Shown here: positions 60,401-64,000 of the stretch, one piece after another | Numbering within the stretch: the stretch's first letter is position 1 | Layout: each line of letters begins with the position of its first letter | NCBI GenBank assembly: GCA_030432695.1 | Contig: JAUILN010000016.1 | Span: 113,178-177,177, forward strand | From: a bacterium | GTDB lineage: Bacteria; Planctomycetota; UBA1135; UBA2386 | Length of the DNA: 64,000 nt | Direction: 5' to 3' | Program-made: the position numbers and the translations under genes | Notes under the pieces: model-generated | Told to the model about the DNA's origin: nothing | What the model saw: only the letters and a program-made list of their open reading frames with translations | Database searches by the model: none

Positions 60401-60473
60401 CTCCGGCCTGCGCGCGACCGCCGCGTTCGAGGTCGGCGACGCACCGCTCGAGGTCGCCCTCGAAGTGCAGTGA
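57453..60473 (+). CDS. ECF sigma factor fused to a TM helix and carboxypeptidase-regulatory-like repeats
   Basis: AEDAVQSTFL, PWLLGVL.N, LGIAAGTVRMRLHRG; TM; VVDPEGRPV, GVVRDETGAPV. Confidence 0.9.
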   Translation: MNRSPEDLQFERFRRLGDVAALAAVFDATSPELARVARHLCRDSASAEDAVQSTFLAAIDQHDDWDESQPLLPWLLGVLTNRVREQRRRDGRRLDAERVPLPAAAEDPVAAAGRSEVSTAVRTALGDVEPPYRDVLERRLLGLQSSEEIARELGIAAGTVRMRLHRGLDRLRRRLPAGLAPSTGLMLPLGLSGEAMARVRDAVLTTATSRTVATAGAGSASALPGVALLGWLAMHKTWLFAVAASLVVVTALLLPLPWSSADAPTAHEAPSAAVVARTAPGQESTAEHGSRAPDLDRREVDTPPDVDEIPGSLALTVRGDGTPIADLRIEIVPVEAMPYGDALAAGETDAAGGFVAELAAGTFAVRIPALDEPHVTTVEVTAGERLAADLELPVRTRADVTVVDPEGRPVPGALITGHTAAQRWSRVARALGRTDDEGHWRRTFVDRVSRIRALAAGHVQSDVQWSLDAPVTLVVGAASGRLVGVVRDETGAPVPNAEIALVTAREKHLRAEPRWIRADDAGRFHDDHLPPGTVTLVSSRLVEQDRVTFPRFTRLDVEIAAGEATRAELRFGDGTGSVRATVRSANGVPVPAAPISLVYVGRDLPSVVGGTPQAYANADSNGEARFTGLMPGAYRLQCPLDGQQVTCDFAVVANTTVEISASLVATSPLTCRVLDAERRPLPGILLSLASARSPQAQELRSDTHGLVRFEDVPHGEHGLRVFAARQADERPRAALMTRSVSITGPSNEEIVVDLDILASVSGRVTTDGRVPLEGIEARLMRQADSATFRAPVELDAFDSARFTFPSVPPGHWVLGLYGGEENLAARSVDVPGRTPVDLGTLALGTGTTELELSRSDAVPVDDAIVLVRFGTAPLREIPNPPQSNRIRLADRPALEVDEALVWGSSVAPTPIELRIVPGETLRIPVTLAPATPTTLRMPVGVGRGTLTWTRDGAPFVIESVAGFVTLSRGLPVGRYQASFEEKHSGLRATAAFEVGDAPLEVALEVQ

Positions 60474-60483
60474 GCGCCGCCCC

Positions 60484-63048
60484 TCACTCGACCGTCACCA
60501 GCAACTCACCCTGCGCCGCACCCGCCGGCAGATCGAATGGTCCGAACGCCCGCCACGCCTCCTCGACCTCGACCAGCACCTCGAACGCGCCGAGCGGTGC
60601 AGGCTCGAGCTCGCACCAGCCCGCTGCATCGGTGCGCAGCACACCCGCGGGGTAGTAGCCCTCGTGACGGATCCGCAGCTCGCGCCCGGTGAGCGGCGCG
60701 CCCTCGGAATCGACGAGACCGATCCGTGCCCTGCGCAGCACGGTGGGCACCTCGATGCGGTGCTGGCCACCCGGCTCGACGGTCCAGCTCTGGTCGGGCA
60801 CCGGCACGCGGTACCAGCCGGGACCCGGCTGCGCGGGCAACGTGAGGGCGAACGACCAGGTGCCGGGCCGCGCCCAGGTGGTGAAGCGGCCGTCGTCGTC
60901 GAGGCCGACGCGGAGCAGCCTGGCCCCACCGCCGGCCGAGCCGACCAGGAAGCAGTGTACGCCGGCAAGCGGACGGCCGTCGACGGTGACGCGGCCCTCG
61001 ACGCGCGCGGGGAGCCACGGTGCGAGGTCGATCTCCAACGTGGTCTCGCCGCCTTCGGTGAACTCTCGCTGGGTGACGCGCCAGGTGTCGTCCGACGAGT
61101 GGACGGCGCTGGCGACGTAGTCCAGGTGGACGTCGACCGCGTACTCGCCGGGTTCCAGGCTGGTGATCGAGAAGCTCCCGTCCGGATCGATCGCCACGGC
61201 GCGCGCCTCCAGGTCCGCGCCGACCGGCGTGCACGTGACGCGGAGCCCGTCGTCGCCGCACAGCTCCCGGAGGCGCTCGAGCGCGTTCGTCGGTCCCGCG
61301 ATACCGCGGACCGTCGCCCCGCCACGGACCACGACGCCATGCGGCACGGTCGAACGGACGACGCGCACCGGCTCGGAGTGGTCGACGTGCTCCGGCCCTC
61401 GCACGCGCAGCAGCCAATCCCCGGGCGGAGCCTGCAGCGTGGCGACGCCGGTCTCGTCGGTCGACGCTGCCGCGACCGTAACGAGCACGGGGAGCCGCGG
61501 CATTCGGTCGACGTCTTCCACCCTGTAGGCCTTGCCGTCGAACGACTCCGGATCCGGTGCGAGGCGGAGCAACAGCTCGACCCGTGAGCCGGAGACCAGT
61601 GCGCCGGAAGCGAAGCGCACGGCGACCCGCCACGGGACCCGATCGGGCACGACCACCAGCGGGTCGACCGGCGCGCGGCCTTCGACCACCTCGAACCGCG
61701 CCAACGCCGAGGTCGCGAGCGCCGGATCGTTCGGATGGACGAGCAGCGCGATGTGGCCGTCGGCCAGACCGTGCACGACGCACCGGCCGTCGGGATGCCG
61801 ACCGTGGAGCCCACCGCGGCCCGTGCGGCGGAACCGGCCCGTGCCCGACTCGGCGAGCACGGTCAGTGCGTAGTCCTCCACCGACGCCCCCCGCTCGTCG
61901 ACGACCCGCACCGGGCACGAGACGCGCTTCCGCATCCTCAGCTCGACCTCGCGGTCGCCCCAGTCGATCGCCGCGTGCGCCGCATCCGGCAACAGCTCGA
62001 ACTCCCCAGCCGCGTGGTCGGCGCTCACCCGCATCGCGGCCTCGCCACGACCAGGGATCGGGCCGGCGCGCGCCGCCAGGAATCGCCCGTCCGCGCCGCT
62101 GCGCCCGCGGCCGACGAAGCCGCGCCCGACGAACTGCAGGTGCACGCCGGCAATCGGCATCCCCAGCTCGTCGACCACCCGCCCGCGGATCGCCTGCTCG
62201 GGATCCGGTCGCTCGACCACCACGCGCAGCTCGTGGGTGCCGCTACCCGGCCGGAGTTGGACGCTGCGGGGCTCGACCAATGGGCCGGTGTAGGCCGGGC
62301 TGATCCACCACTCGCCCGGGAACGCCGGCGCCGGCAACGCGAAGCGCCCCGCAGCGTCGGTGGTCGCCTCGAGGGTGTGGTCCGCGGTGGGCTGGACGTC
62401 GAACGGACCCGGCTGCGGCCCGGGCGTCATGTCGACGTAGACGAAGCGGAACAGCACCTCCGGCACGGGTGCGCCGTCTTCGTCGACGACCACGCCCTCG
62501 ACGGCGATCGCCTCGCGCAGCACTACCCTCCCGAGGTCGTAGACCTCCTGCGGCAGCGGCCGGCGGATCGACGTGCGGACCGGCACGCGGCCCGTGGCCT
62601 CGAAGCCGACCTGCACATCGCGCTCGCCGTCGACTCCGACGTCGAGAGCGAACAGGCCGTCGTCTCCCGTCCTGGTCTCGATCGGGCCCGAGCCCTCGGC
62701 CACACCCTCGAGCGTTGCGCGGACCGTGACGCCTGCGAGCGGCAGGCCGGCCTCGTCGACGCAGACGCCGTGGAGCCTCATCGCGGCCGGGTCCTCGGCC
62801 TGGGCGACGGCGGATCGTTCCAACCCACGGCGCTCCGGATCGCCGGTCGAATGCGCCTGGCGCTCGGCATCGTCGAGGGCCCCGACGCGGGCGACGGACT
62901 CCTCACCGGCGAGCCCGCCCAGCGCGGGCTCCGCATCCAGGGCGTGCGACCACCCGCCCCAGGCGAGGAGTCCCAGCAAGAGGGCGACGAGCACGGCCAA
63001 CGAGGCCATCGCGGTCGTGCGGTGCGAGCGTCTCGGAGAATCGGCCAT
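60484..63048 (-). CDS. N-terminally anchored carboxypeptidase-regulatory-like repeat protein
   Basis: N-terminal TM; GVCVDEAGLPL, GVVVDEDGAPV, GRVVDELGMPI repeats. Confidence 0.85.
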   Translation of the reverse strand: MADSPRRSHRTTAMASLAVLVALLLGLLAWGGWSHALDAEPALGGLAGEESVARVGALDDAERQAHSTGDPERRGLERSAVAQAEDPAAMRLHGVCVDEAGLPLAGVTVRATLEGVAEGSGPIETRTGDDGLFALDVGVDGERDVQVGFEATGRVPVRTSIRRPLPQEVYDLGRVVLREAIAVEGVVVDEDGAPVPEVLFRFVYVDMTPGPQPGPFDVQPTADHTLEATTDAAGRFALPAPAFPGEWWISPAYTGPLVEPRSVQLRPGSGTHELRVVVERPDPEQAIRGRVVDELGMPIAGVHLQFVGRGFVGRGRSGADGRFLAARAGPIPGRGEAAMRVSADHAAGEFELLPDAAHAAIDWGDREVELRMRKRVSCPVRVVDERGASVEDYALTVLAESGTGRFRRTGRGGLHGRHPDGRCVVHGLADGHIALLVHPNDPALATSALARFEVVEGRAPVDPLVVVPDRVPWRVAVRFASGALVSGSRVELLLRLAPDPESFDGKAYRVEDVDRMPRLPVLVTVAAASTDETGVATLQAPPGDWLLRVRGPEHVDHSEPVRVVRSTVPHGVVVRGGATVRGIAGPTNALERLRELCGDDGLRVTCTPVGADLEARAVAIDPDGSFSITSLEPGEYAVDVHLDYVASAVHSSDDTWRVTQREFTEGGETTLEIDLAPWLPARVEGRVTVDGRPLAGVHCFLVGSAGGGARLLRVGLDDDGRFTTWARPGTWSFALTLPAQPGPGWYRVPVPDQSWTVEPGGQHRIEVPTVLRRARIGLVDSEGAPLTGRELRIRHEGYYPAGVLRTDAAGWCELEPAPLGAFEVLVEVEEAWRAFGPFDLPAGAAQGELLVTVE

Positions 63049-63175
63049 GGGTGCGCCGCCGGACTACGGGCCACCTCGGCCCACGGCCAAGCCGAATCCG
63101 CCCGACATGGCGTTCGGCCGCGCTCCACACTCCACCTCGTTCGTCACGGCCCTCGAGCACGGCTACAATCCCGGC

Positions 63176-63403
63176 GTGCCGGTACCGATCACAGACGCGC
63201 ATCGCAAACGAGCCCTCGAGAAGAAGCTCCTGCAGGCCTGCGAGCTGCACGATCTCGGCGTGCAGGTCATGCGACAGAACCTGCGCCGTCGGCACCCCGA
63301 CGCGAACGACGTCGAGATCGCGGAGATGATCCAGCGCTGGCTCCACGAACGACCCGGCGCCGAGTTCGGTGATGTCGCGGGGAAGATCCGAGTCCGGCCA
63401 TGA
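63176..63403 (+). CDS. menA1: MenA1 (Rv0078B)-like antitoxin
   Basis: KL..A.EL...G..M....L.R..P.A..VEI...I..W...RPGAE.GD.AG pattern recalled from MenA1; ATGA overlap with the toxin; TACAAT 6 nt upstream. Confidence 0.8.
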   Translation: MPVPITDAHRKRALEKKLLQACELHDLGVQVMRQNLRRRHPDANDVEIAEMIQRWLHERPGAEFGDVAGKIRVRP

Positions 63404-63990
63404 CCGAGATCGTCGGGCAACTGCGGCGCGCGGCCCGCGACCTGCGCGACCTCGGTCAGGCTGCGGCCGTCATCGGAGGTCTCGCGGTCTCCGTCCGCAC
63501 CGAGCCCCGCTTCACGAGGGACATCGACTTCGCCGTTGCGGCGTCCGGTGATCAGGAAGCCGAACGAGCAGTCTCGGCGTGGCTCGCTCGCGGGTACCGC
63601 ATCCTGGCCCAGGTCGAGCAGGAGGAGATCGGTCGCTTGGCGACCGTTCGGTTGGCGACACCCGGGGCGGAGGGAACCGTGATCCTGGACCTCCTGTTCG
63701 CCTCGTCCGGCATCGAACCCGAGATCGTGGCAGAAGCCGAAGAACTCGAGGTCCTGCCGTCCATCATGCTGCCCGTGGCCCGCGTCGGACACCTGATCGC
63801 GACCAAGCTCCTTTCGCGGGATGATCGTGTTCGTCCGCAGGATCAGGTCGACTTGCGTCGCCTCTTGGCAGTGGCGGATCAAGCAGAACTCGACCGTGCG
63901 GCGGCTGCCGTGCGCCTGATGACCGACCGCGGGTTCGCACGCGACCGCGACCTGGTCAGGGCACTCGAGGAGTTCTTGCGACCCAGCTGA
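63400..63990 (+). CDS. menT1: MenT1 (Rv0078A)-like nucleotidyltransferase toxin
   Basis: GGLAVSVRTEPRFTRDID, DLLFASSGIEPEI, HLIATKLLSRDD..RPQD..DL, RGF.RDRDL. Confidence 0.88.
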   Translation: MTEIVGQLRRAARDLRDLGQAAAVIGGLAVSVRTEPRFTRDIDFAVAASGDQEAERAVSAWLARGYRILAQVEQEEIGRLATVRLATPGAEGTVILDLLFASSGIEPEIVAEAEELEVLPSIMLPVARVGHLIATKLLSRDDRVRPQDQVDLRRLLAVADQAELDRAAAAVRLMTDRGFARDRDLVRALEEFLRPS

Positions 63991-64000
63991 TCAACTCCTT

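Noticed and set aside
49194-60401. Very long antisense ORFs (49194-52391, 53969-56569, 57300-60401; likewise 10592-12961 and 6756-8615)
   Set aside because: Shadow frames of high-GC genes with no recognisable motifs.

Overview
This is a high-GC window that looks planctomycete-like (inferred from gene content: Ser/Thr kinase-ECF sigma pairs, TM-anchored ECF fusions, a sulfatase, many secreted proteins). The left ~45 kb is a mosaic of intact accessory genes and gene fragments. It is punctuated by five co-oriented ends of an ISCR/IS91-like rolling-circle element (GCGCGTAGGA at 5188, 13522, 18213, 32031, 43002), one near-complete transposase, an intact IS630, and remnants of ISKra4-, IS66- and IS3-type elements. 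The DNA next to the upstream end of the near-complete element (the 3' ends of two convergent genes) recurs twice more in the window, which suggests rolling-circle capture of flanking DNA. The right ~19 kb is mostly intact: a sulfatase, an FG-GAP protein, an ArsM-like methyltransferase, ECF-sigma/carboxypeptidase-regulatory fusions, a HAF-repeat protein, a GH20 hexosaminidase and a MenA1-MenT1-like toxin-antitoxin pair. The strongest novel candidate is the FG-GAP gene at 46656-47936: it is split only by an in-frame TGA (NW-TGA-CIG) followed by a bacterial SECIS-like hairpin, so it may be a secreted selenoprotein with adjacent Sec-Cys. No rRNA, tRNA or CRISPR array was seen. All family calls come from motif recognition, not database searches.
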